From NCBI GenBank assembly GCA_027451365.1, contig DAIDJN010000072.1, positions 1 to 25,020 on the forward strand: a DNA stretch of 25,020 nucleotides. The letters run 5' to 3'. The stretch's first letter is position 1; every line of letters starts with the position of its first letter. The position numbers and the translations under genes were made by a program. The DNA comes from Phycisphaerales bacterium (lineage in GTDB: Bacteria > Planctomycetota > Phycisphaerae > WQYP01). Positions 9,370 to 18,605 of this stretch are shown one piece after another. The notes under the pieces are model-generated. The model ran no database searches. It was not told the DNA's origin and saw only the letters and a list, made by a program, of their open reading frames with translations.

Positions 9370-9548
9370 GCAAGGCTCTCCAAAGCACATCCGCCGCCTT
9401 GGCATCCTTGCAGGCACAGAAGATAAATCGCCATTCCAACGGAATTGCCCGCTGGCGGCGGACATTCAGCCATCCTGGCCGAACGAACAGAGGTGGTCAT
9501 CATGACGGTTATCCCGCTCTGACAACCTGCCATCAGACTAGCCGATGG
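9369..9548 (-). promoter_or_regulatory. Structured 5' leader of the 3D-domain gene; candidate cis-regulatory RNA
   Basis: Four consecutive stem-loops (9530-9548, 9488-9521, 9465-9483, 9387-9465) plus an alternative hairpin 9369-9412 covering the RBS. Found by eye; no known family recognised. Confidence 0.4.
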
Positions 9549-9610
9549 AAAGACTGATTGCCAGAAAAAAATAAGAAATTCCGGGCGAAATATGCATATT
9601 CAAGTCCTAT

Positions 9611-9627
9611 AACCTAAAATTTAGGTT
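9611..9627. promoter_or_regulatory. Palindrome AACCTAAA-A-TTTAGGTT in an AT-rich promoter-like region; candidate operator
   Basis: Perfect 8-1-8 inverted repeat next to TATAAT hexamers on both strands (+ 9628-9633, - 9635-9640). Confidence 0.45.
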
Positions 9628-9694
9628 TATAATCATTATACTACGAATATTAAAATCTTTTTGGCGTAAAACATTGTCTATTTAGCGATATTTT

Positions 9695-12529
9695 TTATCC
9701 TGACCGTCCCGTTGATGATGCCAGTTCCATCAGGGTCACCGGGCCAAGCAGGCCAGAATCCTCCACTGGCCAATGAGCCGCATTGAAATGATGATAAGAT
9801 ATATCGCTGAAGTTAATGTCATGAAATATTCGCCATCGCTGCCCCTTCCTGTCCATGAATCGAATCCGGTTGGCGGGCAGATTCGTCACCTCTATCTCCA
9901 GAGCGTTGTCATTCACCTTCAAGTCGGAAATTGCCAGGCGGAATGGCGGCAGAATCAGGCCGCCCAGGTCGCGGCCATTTAACCACACCCGCGCACTTTG
10001 GCAAACGCGGCCAAGGTCCAATAACCATGGACCATGGCCCGCGGGCTTATCAAAATTAATCGTGTAACGGGCCGTTCCGGAAAACGCCCGCGTTGCAACA
10101 TCGCCATTGGTTGTCCATGAACCGAGCCTTTGAGGCTGAAAGCCGCGTGGCAAAGTCGGCCCTCCTGCCATAAAGGCCACATGCCATGGCCCAACCAACG
10201 TGGCCACACACTTTCCCGGAATTGCCCACCTATGTCTGGCCACACCGTTAAGCGCGTTGGGCAAGGCCCGGAGAATCAGCGACTGGTTTGGCTCCATCAG
10301 AAGACGAAACGCCGGTCGGCCGGCGCGGTCCAGCGCAAGCTCAGCCGGCGCGGCGCTTCCGGTCATGGCATCCATCAACACTACATCTCTGGCCGGCACC
10401 GCCAGCCTGATGTGGCAATCCAGCCTCTTTTTCCCCTGATATACCAGAAGATAGCATGTATCCCTTCCGACCTTCCGCCGAATAAAACGCAGCCCTGGCT
10501 GCTTCACCAGTGCCTCGCCCCTAATTCCCAATGCCGCCAGGACCTTCACTGGTGAACCGGTAAAAAGCTGCCCGGTGCCAACCGCCGCTCGCGAAACTCC
10601 CGCCGCTGCTTTTTTCCACGGCTGAAATGTCAGTTCGGCTTTCAGACGGTGCATCTCTGCTTCATTTTTAACGCGCTGGCCCATGCCCGGTGGCTCATTA
10701 GGCAGATCTTTGGCGAAAATGATGGTCGCTCCTCCCGCGGCCAGTTGAATCAAACGTCGCAAAGTGGCCGGCGGCATGACCGTTATCGGGGGCACCACAA
10801 TCGCGGAGTAGCTGGTGCCGGGGGTTTGCAGGCGACCGCCAGCCGTGCGCACCATTTTCAGCAATCGATCCGACAGATAGTCAAATCCAATACCTGTATT
10901 CCAAAGTCGTTGGGCTGTGACTCCAATGGGCTGGCCATAGAACCATTCCCGCTCATTGGTCATGGTCTGGTACTGGCCGATGGGTCCGGGCCGGTGCCAC
11001 TGGTCATGAATGGGCCAATAGAGCAGCACATCATTATCCGGCCGGCCAGCCTGCAGAAGGCTTTGACAACGGGCAATATAGTCGTTGAGCGTACGCGCAT
11101 CCCGCCAGATGCTCATTCGCGGGTTCAGATCAGTGGCCGCGTAGAATAACCAACCGGGCCACGCGGCATCATCCGGTGAATAACAGGTCCCGTGATAAAA
11201 CAGATGGTTGACACCCCCAAGAAAAAACTGGTCCACCAGTTGTTTCAGATTGGCCAGGGTCACCTTGAAATGCTCCGCCAGCCACGTACCCGTTTCCGAG
11301 GATACCAGCGGTTTGCCGACGATATGGGCTGGCGAAGAGGCGAATTTGGCGATCAGCGGATGGCATTGGCCAATCCGGCTTCGGCTTCCAAAATTGCCCT
11401 CCGGTTCGGGAATATCAGCCACATTATAAAAATCCAGCAGATTGGTCGGCGAACCATGCGCCTGATTGCGCGTCAGCATGCCGCGTTGCCGGCACCACGC
11501 CGCCCACTGCGAAAATACCGAATCGACAATTAAATCTGATACCGTCTGCCGATAGTCCGCCTGTACGCGACCGACAATAGCCTTATCCGCATCGCCAGCC
11601 AGCGCCGGAAGATGTTCTTCCAGGGGATAGCCGCGCAGACGCAAAAATTGTTCAAAAAAATCTGGCGACCATTCGCCATAGCCCTGTGGCACGCCGCTGA
11701 AATATTCATAAGAATCGTGATACATTGCACGCGGCAATTTCACGCGCGGCGCGGCGAATGCCCGCGTGAATTTTTTCAGGTAATGGGCCATCGCCGGCGC
11801 ATAAATTGTGTTGAGCATCATGCCATGTCCGCCCGGCGCTGCGCGTTTCACGTGACTGCCCGGATGCCCCACCAGTATCACCAGTTTCCACTTGCCAACC
11901 GGCCGTCGCCATGCAATCGTTCCATGCGGCCGCACCAGATGCACAGGCACTTCCACCTGTCGGCCGTCATCCGCAAAAGCCCTCGCATAGATCACACGCC
12001 CGCGCGGCAGGCGCGCGACCCAGCGGGCCTCTGGCGACCGCGGCGCATTTAAAACAACCGGATGTGCGTAAAGACTGGCGTAGTCGCCTGTCATATCCGG
12101 TCCGCCAAAATTCCATCCTGTGCCGGTGGTCATATCCACCCCCATGCCCAGGCGATGTGCCTCAGTCAGGTCATATTGAAGCATTTGCATCCATTGCTTG
12201 TTCAAATAGGGAAGGTATTTTTTTTCCCAGCCACGGGCTCCATAAATTGGAATAATATGGACGCCACCGAGTCCCGCCGCCTTATAGCGAGCCAGTTCAC
12301 TGGACAAATCAGCCGCGTCCACAGCGGACCCCATCCACCAGTTGTAACACCAGGGTCGGCATTGACTCGTCAGCGGCGGCCAGAACGATTTTTCACCACG
12401 TGCCCCACTGTGCGCGCCATCGGACCGGCTCATGACACCCGCCACCAGCGGCACGGCCATTCCACCAACCGTCACCTGAATAAAGTTGCGGCGTGAAAGT
12501 GTAGTTTTTAGTCTGGTCATAGGCGCCAT
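9695..12529 (-). CDS. Tat-exported glycoside hydrolase family 106 (alpha-L-rhamnosidase-like)
   Basis: Twin-arginine SRRNFI signal; RPWCYNWWMGSAVD, GLGGVHIIPIYG, DMTTGTGWNFGGP, YHDSYE, RNQAHGSP, SSETGTW, GVNHLFYHG and WPGWLFYA motifs; C-terminal beta-sandwich (LDLGRV...NALEIEVTN...SGLLGPV). Confidence 0.88.
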   Translation of the reverse strand: MAPMTRLKTTLSRRNFIQVTVGGMAVPLVAGVMSRSDGAHSGARGEKSFWPPLTSQCRPWCYNWWMGSAVDAADLSSELARYKAAGLGGVHIIPIYGARGWEKKYLPYLNKQWMQMLQYDLTEAHRLGMGVDMTTGTGWNFGGPDMTGDYASLYAHPVVLNAPRSPEARWVARLPRGRVIYARAFADDGRQVEVPVHLVRPHGTIAWRRPVGKWKLVILVGHPGSHVKRAAPGGHGMMLNTIYAPAMAHYLKKFTRAFAAPRVKLPRAMYHDSYEYFSGVPQGYGEWSPDFFEQFLRLRGYPLEEHLPALAGDADKAIVGRVQADYRQTVSDLIVDSVFSQWAAWCRQRGMLTRNQAHGSPTNLLDFYNVADIPEPEGNFGSRSRIGQCHPLIAKFASSPAHIVGKPLVSSETGTWLAEHFKVTLANLKQLVDQFFLGGVNHLFYHGTCYSPDDAAWPGWLFYAATDLNPRMSIWRDARTLNDYIARCQSLLQAGRPDNDVLLYWPIHDQWHRPGPIGQYQTMTNEREWFYGQPIGVTAQRLWNTGIGFDYLSDRLLKMVRTAGGRLQTPGTSYSAIVVPPITVMPPATLRRLIQLAAGGATIIFAKDLPNEPPGMGQRVKNEAEMHRLKAELTFQPWKKAAAGVSRAAVGTGQLFTGSPVKVLAALGIRGEALVKQPGLRFIRRKVGRDTCYLLVYQGKKRLDCHIRLAVPARDVVLMDAMTGSAAPAELALDRAGRPAFRLLMEPNQSLILRALPNALNGVARHRWAIPGKCVATLVGPWHVAFMAGGPTLPRGFQPQRLGSWTTNGDVATRAFSGTARYTINFDKPAGHGPWLLDLGRVCQSARVWLNGRDLGGLILPPFRLAISDLKVNDNALEIEVTNLPANRIRFMDRKGQRWRIFHDINFSDISYHHFNAAHWPVEDSGLLGPVTLMELASSTGRSG

Positions 12530-13082
12530 CCCTTTTTCAAAACCTCTCCGAACATCTGGTAATAGCGCGTTTCAGTCTACCCTTTTTGTCGTGCAAGGCC
12601 CGACCAACTTGCTTACACCGCTGCGCACGCTATCTGAAGGGTAACGCGTCTGGCTGGCGATGGAGAGTTGGCTCGCGCAGAGCTTGCCCATCCATGGATA
12701 TCGCTTTTTTCATGCGTGGCGGAACGCTCCGGGTTAAAGTACCGGGACGATCATGGCTCTTCCTATGGCCCCCCCGTCGCACATCCGGCCGATATCCATG
12801 GCGGGTTTAGAGGTCCTCAGAATATCGAATCGCGTCGCATTGGCTCAAGGTATTATCCTCTTCCCGCCGAGGGACCGCAAACAGCCGCTGTTTCGACAGT
12901 CAATAAACGCGTAATAATCCCGGCTTCAATGGGCCAGGCTGACTGTTCGTTGCCGACTGTTTACCGCGGTTCAGCCGGCGGCGTCGCCGCTTCATTCATA
13001 TTTCGCCGGATTCAGGAGAATATCTTGCTTTCGCGCCTTGGATTCAGTTAACGGCGGACGTCGCCATTTAGCTTCTCCAATA

Positions 13083-15116
13083 TTATTTTGGGCCGGCATT
13101 GTCCGAGCGACCAGAATAAAACAGCGGCATCAGGTCGCCGGCACCACGATAGTAATAGCCAGATCCCCCACGCCGCAGCAGTCGTGTGACAGGCCCCAGT
13201 GTCTCGGCGACCTCCACCGGATAATTTTGGCTGTTATGCAACGCGCCCTCCACATAAACCAACGACGCCTGCGAGTCCCTTATCCGCCACATTGCCGCCG
13301 CCTGCGGACTTCCAGCCCAGCTAGGATATATATAAGCACCAAGCACTTTTAATTTTGAATGATCGGAGATATCCGCAACTATCGGTCGGCCTTCGGTCTT
13401 CAATCCGCAAATCCAGAACTGGGCACGGTTACAGTGGATCAGAGTGCCTTCCGCTTCCGGATTGTATTGCCAAGCCCAGGCTTTTTGGCCAGCCGACAGA
13501 AACAACGGACCCGAGGTGGTCACATCCTGAATAAAAAGAGGTCCGCTGCCGCCACGGGCTGTCTTATAAAGAACCGCATTGGCCATCAGATGTTTTAATA
13601 TCAGTGCGGCGGGTGTCCGGTTGCGGAACCATACAAATTGCATCGGATAGGGAACGGTGGCTTTCCAGGGCGTCATCCAGAATCGCTCAAACACCAGAGC
13701 TTTGTGCGTCAGATTGCGGATCAGAAATACCGGGTTCCTGGTTCGCAGCAATGGCGAGGCGACGGTCAGATTCGATTCCAACCCGATAACCCGGCGCACC
13801 GAGCCATGAACAATGATGGTGCGCCTGATTGTGTATGTCCCCTGCGGCCGCCCGCCTGGAAAATAGACAGTGGATTTGTGTTCGCGAGCGGCCAGGTCAA
13901 AAGCGGCCTGGATTGCCGATGTCGAGGATCTGTGTTTTCGGAGAGCGACTCTTACCCAGTCGCCCGGCGCGGCCCAGGGAACGACCGGTGGCGATTGCAC
14001 AGGCAAGTCGAGCATGCGGGGTTTGGCGCCAAAAAGTGAACGTCCGGGACGTGACAAATACAGATTAACGTGATGGGCGACCAATCGTTTGATTGCACCA
14101 GAAGTCAGACTTTGCGGAGTACCCGTATTGACATTGCGCACCATTTCCGCATAACTCTGCTGCGAAACATCCTGCAATATCAGCATCCCCCGATTTATAA
14201 TCGCGGGGCGTGTCGCGTCGCCACCGAAAAATTGCGAATGATAGACCGCCATTTGCGCCAGCCCCTGCAAGACATTGATAACCGGAACATGGTTATGGCT
14301 TATCAGATGGCGAATCGTTACCGGCTCGTTTTCATCTTCAATACCACACACGTGCTGGCCGGAGAGGTCAATGCGGTCCAAGACCATCGAATAGTCATAC
14401 TGGCTGATATAAATGCCGACATCAAAACCGCGCACGGTCAGATTTTGAATCAATCCGGGACCGGGCCACCGCCGATCCAGATCGAGACCCGTTACACCAG
14501 TTCCATTCCTGGAACCACTTTCAATCGTTACATTAAATACGCCCCCCTGGTTGTTATTAATGAATTCCAGACCTATGGCACCCGGATTTCCCCTGCCGGT
14601 ATCGAACGTCAGATCGTACACGGCATTGTGGAATGCCTGGCCCGTGGAAGGGCCGTCAAAAAAACTCAATATCGGACGAGGATGGGCAGAACTGGAGAAT
14701 GCCGGACTATGGTCAGCCAGCCGAAATATTGTTGAGCGTTCGCTTTGCCCCTGAAACACAATCTGTTTGCATTTTGCCAGATTCCGCCCAAGGGTAAGCG
14801 GACGAGAAACCAGATAAGTTCCGTTTGGAAAATAAAGGATGCGAAACTTTCCTTCATTGTCATGGATAGCTCGCTGTATGGCGGCGGTATCGTCAGTCCG
14901 CCCGTTCCCGACAGCGCCGTACCGGGTGACCACATTCACGACGCCGGAACGACGCGGAAATTCAATGTTTGTGAACAAGTGAGGTTGAATTCCGATGGCG
15001 GCGGACGCGCTGGCTCCAATCAAATGTATCCATAAGCACACGCCGACAATTCCAATAAGGCGCTTGATTCCGCTATCCATTTTTGTGCCGCAATGCCCGT
15101 GAGTCATGGAATCCAC
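13083..15116 (-). CDS. Secreted right-handed beta-helix polysaccharide-active protein (pectate_lyase_3 / GH55-like)
   Basis: Signal peptide; VVNVVTRYGAVGNGRTDDTAAIQRAI...LYFPNGTYLVS motif and a second degenerate copy STSAIQAAFD...VYFPGG..GTYTI. Start may be 15107 or 15080. Substrate cannot be assigned. Confidence 0.8.
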   Translation of the reverse strand: MDSMTHGHCGTKMDSGIKRLIGIVGVCLWIHLIGASASAAIGIQPHLFTNIEFPRRSGVVNVVTRYGAVGNGRTDDTAAIQRAIHDNEGKFRILYFPNGTYLVSRPLTLGRNLAKCKQIVFQGQSERSTIFRLADHSPAFSSSAHPRPILSFFDGPSTGQAFHNAVYDLTFDTGRGNPGAIGLEFINNNQGGVFNVTIESGSRNGTGVTGLDLDRRWPGPGLIQNLTVRGFDVGIYISQYDYSMVLDRIDLSGQHVCGIEDENEPVTIRHLISHNHVPVINVLQGLAQMAVYHSQFFGGDATRPAIINRGMLILQDVSQQSYAEMVRNVNTGTPQSLTSGAIKRLVAHHVNLYLSRPGRSLFGAKPRMLDLPVQSPPVVPWAAPGDWVRVALRKHRSSTSAIQAAFDLAAREHKSTVYFPGGRPQGTYTIRRTIIVHGSVRRVIGLESNLTVASPLLRTRNPVFLIRNLTHKALVFERFWMTPWKATVPYPMQFVWFRNRTPAALILKHLMANAVLYKTARGGSGPLFIQDVTTSGPLFLSAGQKAWAWQYNPEAEGTLIHCNRAQFWICGLKTEGRPIVADISDHSKLKVLGAYIYPSWAGSPQAAAMWRIRDSQASLVYVEGALHNSQNYPVEVAETLGPVTRLLRRGGSGYYYRGAGDLMPLFYSGRSDNAGPK

Positions 15117-15470
15117 AACGTCCTGGAGCGTGGTTTATTACCAGGCAGTCCCACTAAAAGAAACGATCACACGGCTGCCATTTTATTTTGGTGCACCACA
15201 GCGGCAAATCGCATTCAATGTCCTTCATCGTGCAACCACATTGAACAGAATTCCACTAAAGTGCCATGTTCCATCTACCGAATTTCGCGCTGCCACTGCC
15301 GGGGCACAGCCGATCGCATCACCAGGGGGCAGCCCGGCCGTCCGAACTCTGGCGTCCGCGGCAGTTAGCGTAAGGCCGCACTGGAAGCCACATTTTTTTT
15401 CACAGCCCATTTAATTTTTACCCCATTTGCCTTATCTTTCCTTTCTTTGTAACTACGGAGTTTGCCCAAG

Positions 15471-16640
15471 ATGAAAATTCACGAATATCAGGCCCGCGAC
15501 CTGCTTTCCCGGGCGGGCATCGCAGTACCGCCCGCGCGGGTGGTGCAATCCGCCGCCGAAGCCGAAAAAGCCTATGCTGAAAACGGCTTGGCGGTTCAGG
15601 TTATTAAAGCCCAGGTGTTCGCGGGCGGCCGCGGCAAAGCGGGCTTCGTAAAACTTGTCCGCAGCGCTGCCGAAGCGCGAGCGGCGGCGGAATTCATGCT
15701 GGCCAACCGCATGGTCAGCCCGCAAACCGGGCCGGAGGGCATTGGTGTTCATAAACTGCTGGTGGCCGGGGCGGTGGACATAGCCCATGAATATTACGTA
15801 GGCCTGGTGCTGGATCGCGCCAAAGCAACCGCCAGCGTTATTGCATCAGCCCAGGGTGGGGTTGAAATTGAAACCGTCGCCCATGAACATCCGGAAGCGA
15901 TTATTAAAGAACCGTTGCACCCGGCATTGGGCCTGCAGCCATATCAGGCGCGCAATACCGCAGTGGCGTTAGGCTTTTCCGGAAAAAACGCGCAGGTATT
16001 CGCGGATATGCTTCTGAAACTGGCGGCATTTTTCGTGCGTTACGATTGCTCCATCGCGGAAATCAATCCGCTGGTGCTGACCAAGGAAGGTAAACTGCTG
16101 GCTATAGATGCCAAAGTTGTTTTTGATGACAATGCGTTGTTCCGCCATCCGGACATTACCGCCTTAAAGGACGATGCGGAAACCGACCCACTGGAAATTC
16201 GCGCAGCGGCGGCCAGCCTTAACTATATCAAGTTGGATGGCGATATTGCCTGTTTGGTCAACGGCGCCGGACTGGCCATGTCCACCATGGATGTGATTCA
16301 GTTGCATGGCGGATCACCTGCGAATTTTCTGGATGTCGGCGGCGGCGTCAAAGCCGAAGGAGCCGTGGAGGCGTTCCGGATCCTGCTGGCGGATAAAAAA
16401 GTAAAGGGCGTTCTGGTAAATATTTTTGGCGGAATTGCCCGCTGCGACCTGATCGCCGAAGCGCTGATACAAGCCGGTCGCGAGGTGGGCTTCAGCGTTC
16501 CGGTGGTGGTGCGGCTGGAGGGTACCAATGTGGATCAGGCGCGTGAAATCCTGGCCGGTGCGAGACATGCGCTGCCTACACTGCAGACAGCCACCGATTT
16601 GAATGACGCGGCAAAGAAAATTGTTGCCGCAACCCGCTGA
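15471..16640 (+). CDS. sucC: Succinyl-CoA synthetase beta subunit
   Basis: MKIHEYQA start with GGAG upstream, [60 protein letters not shown]. Confidence 0.98.
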   Translation: MKIHEYQARDLLSRAGIAVPPARVVQSAAEAEKAYAENGLAVQVIKAQVFAGGRGKAGFVKLVRSAAEARAAAEFMLANRMVSPQTGPEGIGVHKLLVAGAVDIAHEYYVGLVLDRAKATASVIASAQGGVEIETVAHEHPEAIIKEPLHPALGLQPYQARNTAVALGFSGKNAQVFADMLLKLAAFFVRYDCSIAEINPLVLTKEGKLLAIDAKVVFDDNALFRHPDITALKDDAETDPLEIRAAAASLNYIKLDGDIACLVNGAGLAMSTMDVIQLHGGSPANFLDVGGGVKAEGAVEAFRILLADKKVKGVLVNIFGGIARCDLIAEALIQAGREVGFSVPVVVRLEGTNVDQAREILAGARHALPTLQTATDLNDAAKKIVAATR

Positions 16641-16702
16641 CCACAAAACCATTAGCAAAAAATCGCCAACGCCTTGCGTCAGGCATTAACGGAGAAAACA
16701 TC

Positions 16703-17602
16703 ATGGCAATTTTAGTTGATAAAAATACCCGCGTGATCTGCCAGGGAATAACCGGTGGCGGCGGCGGCGCATTCCACACCAAAGGGTGTCTGGATTACGG
16801 CACGAAGATGGTGGGTGGCACAAGTCCCGGCAAAGGCGGCACTAAAGATGCCAACGGTCTGCCGGTGTTTGATACGGTTGAACAGGCCGTGCGCAACACT
16901 GGTGCCAACGCCACCATGATATTTGTTCCACCGCCATTTGCGGCGGATGCAATCTGTGAAGCCGCGGCGGCGGGAATTAAGCTGATTGTGGCGATCACGG
17001 AGGGTATTCCCGTTTTGGACATGGTTCGCACGAAAAAATTTCTCGCGGATTTTGGAGATTCCGTCCGGCTTATCGGCCCCAACTGCCCGGGTGTCATAAC
17101 ACCGGGGGAATGCAAGATAGGCATTATGCCGGGATACATTCACGAGCCGCCCGCGTCCGGAAAAAAGGCCGTCGGCATCGTGAGCCGTTCCGGTACGCTG
17201 ACCTATGAAGCCGTCTGGCAGACGAGCCAGCTTGGCTGGTCCCAAAGCACGTGTGTGGGCATCGGCGGAGATCCGGTCAAGGGCATGGATTTTATTGACG
17301 TGATCTCGCTATTTCAGAAAGATAGCGGCACGGACGCCATCGTGATGATTGGTGAAATTGGTGGGACGGCTGAGGAACAGGCGGCGGACTTTATCCGGAC
17401 CAATGTCACCAAGCCGGTTATCGGGTTCATTGCCGGCCGAACCGCCCCGCCGGGCAAACGCATGGGCCATGCGGGTGCTATTATAAGTGGTGGCGAAGGC
17501 ACGGCGCAAAGCAAGATTTCCGCCATGACGAAAGCGGGAATACATGTGTGTGATTCCCCGGCGGACATCGGCCGTACCCTGAAACATGCGACAACTGGAT
17601 AA
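16703..17602 (+). CDS. sucD: Succinyl-CoA synthetase alpha subunit
   Basis: [45 protein letters not shown] and phospho-His motif [17 protein letters not shown]. Confidence 0.98.
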   Translation: MAILVDKNTRVICQGITGGGGGAFHTKGCLDYGTKMVGGTSPGKGGTKDANGLPVFDTVEQAVRNTGANATMIFVPPPFAADAICEAAAAGIKLIVAITEGIPVLDMVRTKKFLADFGDSVRLIGPNCPGVITPGECKIGIMPGYIHEPPASGKKAVGIVSRSGTLTYEAVWQTSQLGWSQSTCVGIGGDPVKGMDFIDVISLFQKDSGTDAIVMIGEIGGTAEEQAADFIRTNVTKPVIGFIAGRTAPPGKRMGHAGAIISGGEGTAQSKISAMTKAGIHVCDSPADIGRTLKHATTG

Positions 17603-17606
17603 AACC

Positions 17607-18605
17607 ATGGACGGACCACAGATCAAAGCCTTGGCACATCGGTTGAATCAGTTGTTATTTAATCAACTGGTGGCAAGGATTGATGTTCCTGCGGACCGCT
17701 GGCAGGCCAATGTGCTGTTGAAGCATTGCGCCGGACAGCATATTCGCCGGGTCTATTCCCATGGCCGGTGGATGTTATGGAATTTCAGTCATGGCATAAG
17801 CTGGGCCTGCTATCCGTTGCGCCGCTGGCGGTGGTCGATAGAATTTCCAGAGCCGGATGCGGGGTCGGGACCCTCCTTGCTTCGGTCCGTTGGCATGGCC
17901 GGAGCGCCCCTGGCACCGCCGCCAGCCGTCATTGTTCCACCGGCGGTTTCGCCGCTGTTGCTGACGCCGGGGCGACGCCCACTGTTGCGCATGACCCTGA
18001 CGGACGGACGGCGCATCTGTCTTTCTGGCCGTCCCTTGTTTTTAATTCTGCTGACAGAAGGCCTGCTGCGGCATCCGGAGCTCAGCTCAATGGGTCCGGA
18101 CATACTTGCCGATCAGTTTTCCAAAACTCAGTGGGTTTACCGGCTGCGGCATGAGGGCGGTAAAACCATTTCCCAGGCATTGCTGGAACAGAATGTAGCC
18201 GCGGGTATCGGCAATCAGACGAAATGTGAAATTCTTTTTGCCGCCCGTGTGCATCCATCAACGCATATCACCACGCTTTCACGGGAAGAGCTGGATCATC
18301 TGGCCACCGTGGCTCTGGACCTGATGATGGCCCTGTTCCGCGCGGCGCTATCGCCAATTGCAGCGCCACCCGTTCCCCGGCGTGTGTTCGACCGGGCCGG
18401 CGAGCCGTGCGATATCTGTGCCACGCCAATTGCGGTGGACCGCAGCGGCTGTGATAACCGCTGGTCCTGGTACTGTCCGAATTGCCAGCCAGCGCGGGAA
18501 GAGCCGATGTTGTTTACACCCGACCATTCCCAGTCGACCGTCGGGGAACATTTTGACCGGGGCGGCATGAAAACAGCACCTGAAAAAATAGAGCGGAATT
18601 CCTGA
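17607..18605 (+). CDS. Fpg/Nei-family (endonuclease VIII-like) DNA-binding protein with H2TH and zinc finger; catalytic N-terminus degenerate
   Basis: MGPDIL, ALLEQNVAAGIGNQTKCEILFAARVHP (H2TH), VFDRAGEPCDIC...RWSWYCPNCQ (Fpg-type zinc finger). N-terminus is MDGPQI rather than MPEGPEI. Confidence 0.85.
   Translation: MDGPQIKALAHRLNQLLFNQLVARIDVPADRWQANVLLKHCAGQHIRRVYSHGRWMLWNFSHGISWACYPLRRWRWSIEFPEPDAGSGPSLLRSVGMAGAPLAPPPAVIVPPAVSPLLLTPGRRPLLRMTLTDGRRICLSGRPLFLILLTEGLLRHPELSSMGPDILADQFSKTQWVYRLRHEGGKTISQALLEQNVAAGIGNQTKCEILFAARVHPSTHITTLSREELDHLATVALDLMMALFRAALSPIAAPPVPRRVFDRAGEPCDICATPIAVDRSGCDNRWSWYCPNCQPAREEPMLFTPDHSQSTVGEHFDRGGMKTAPEKIERNS

Noticed and set aside
9380..9480. c-di-AMP (ydaO) riboswitch upstream of the 3D gene
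   Set aside because: Only GCUGAAU matches; the GGAACC, GGGG and CAGCUAAC elements were not found. Kept as an unassigned structured leader instead.
12668..13051. 127-aa plus-strand ORF in the gap between the CAZyme genes
   Set aside because: TTG start, no recognisable motif, opposite strand to both neighbours; cannot be supported as a gene.
12541..13080. tmRNA, RNase P RNA, SRP RNA or cobalamin riboswitch in the long intergenic gap
   Set aside because: Hallmark sequences (tRNA-like ends, GAGGAAAGUCC, B12 box) were not seen on either strand.
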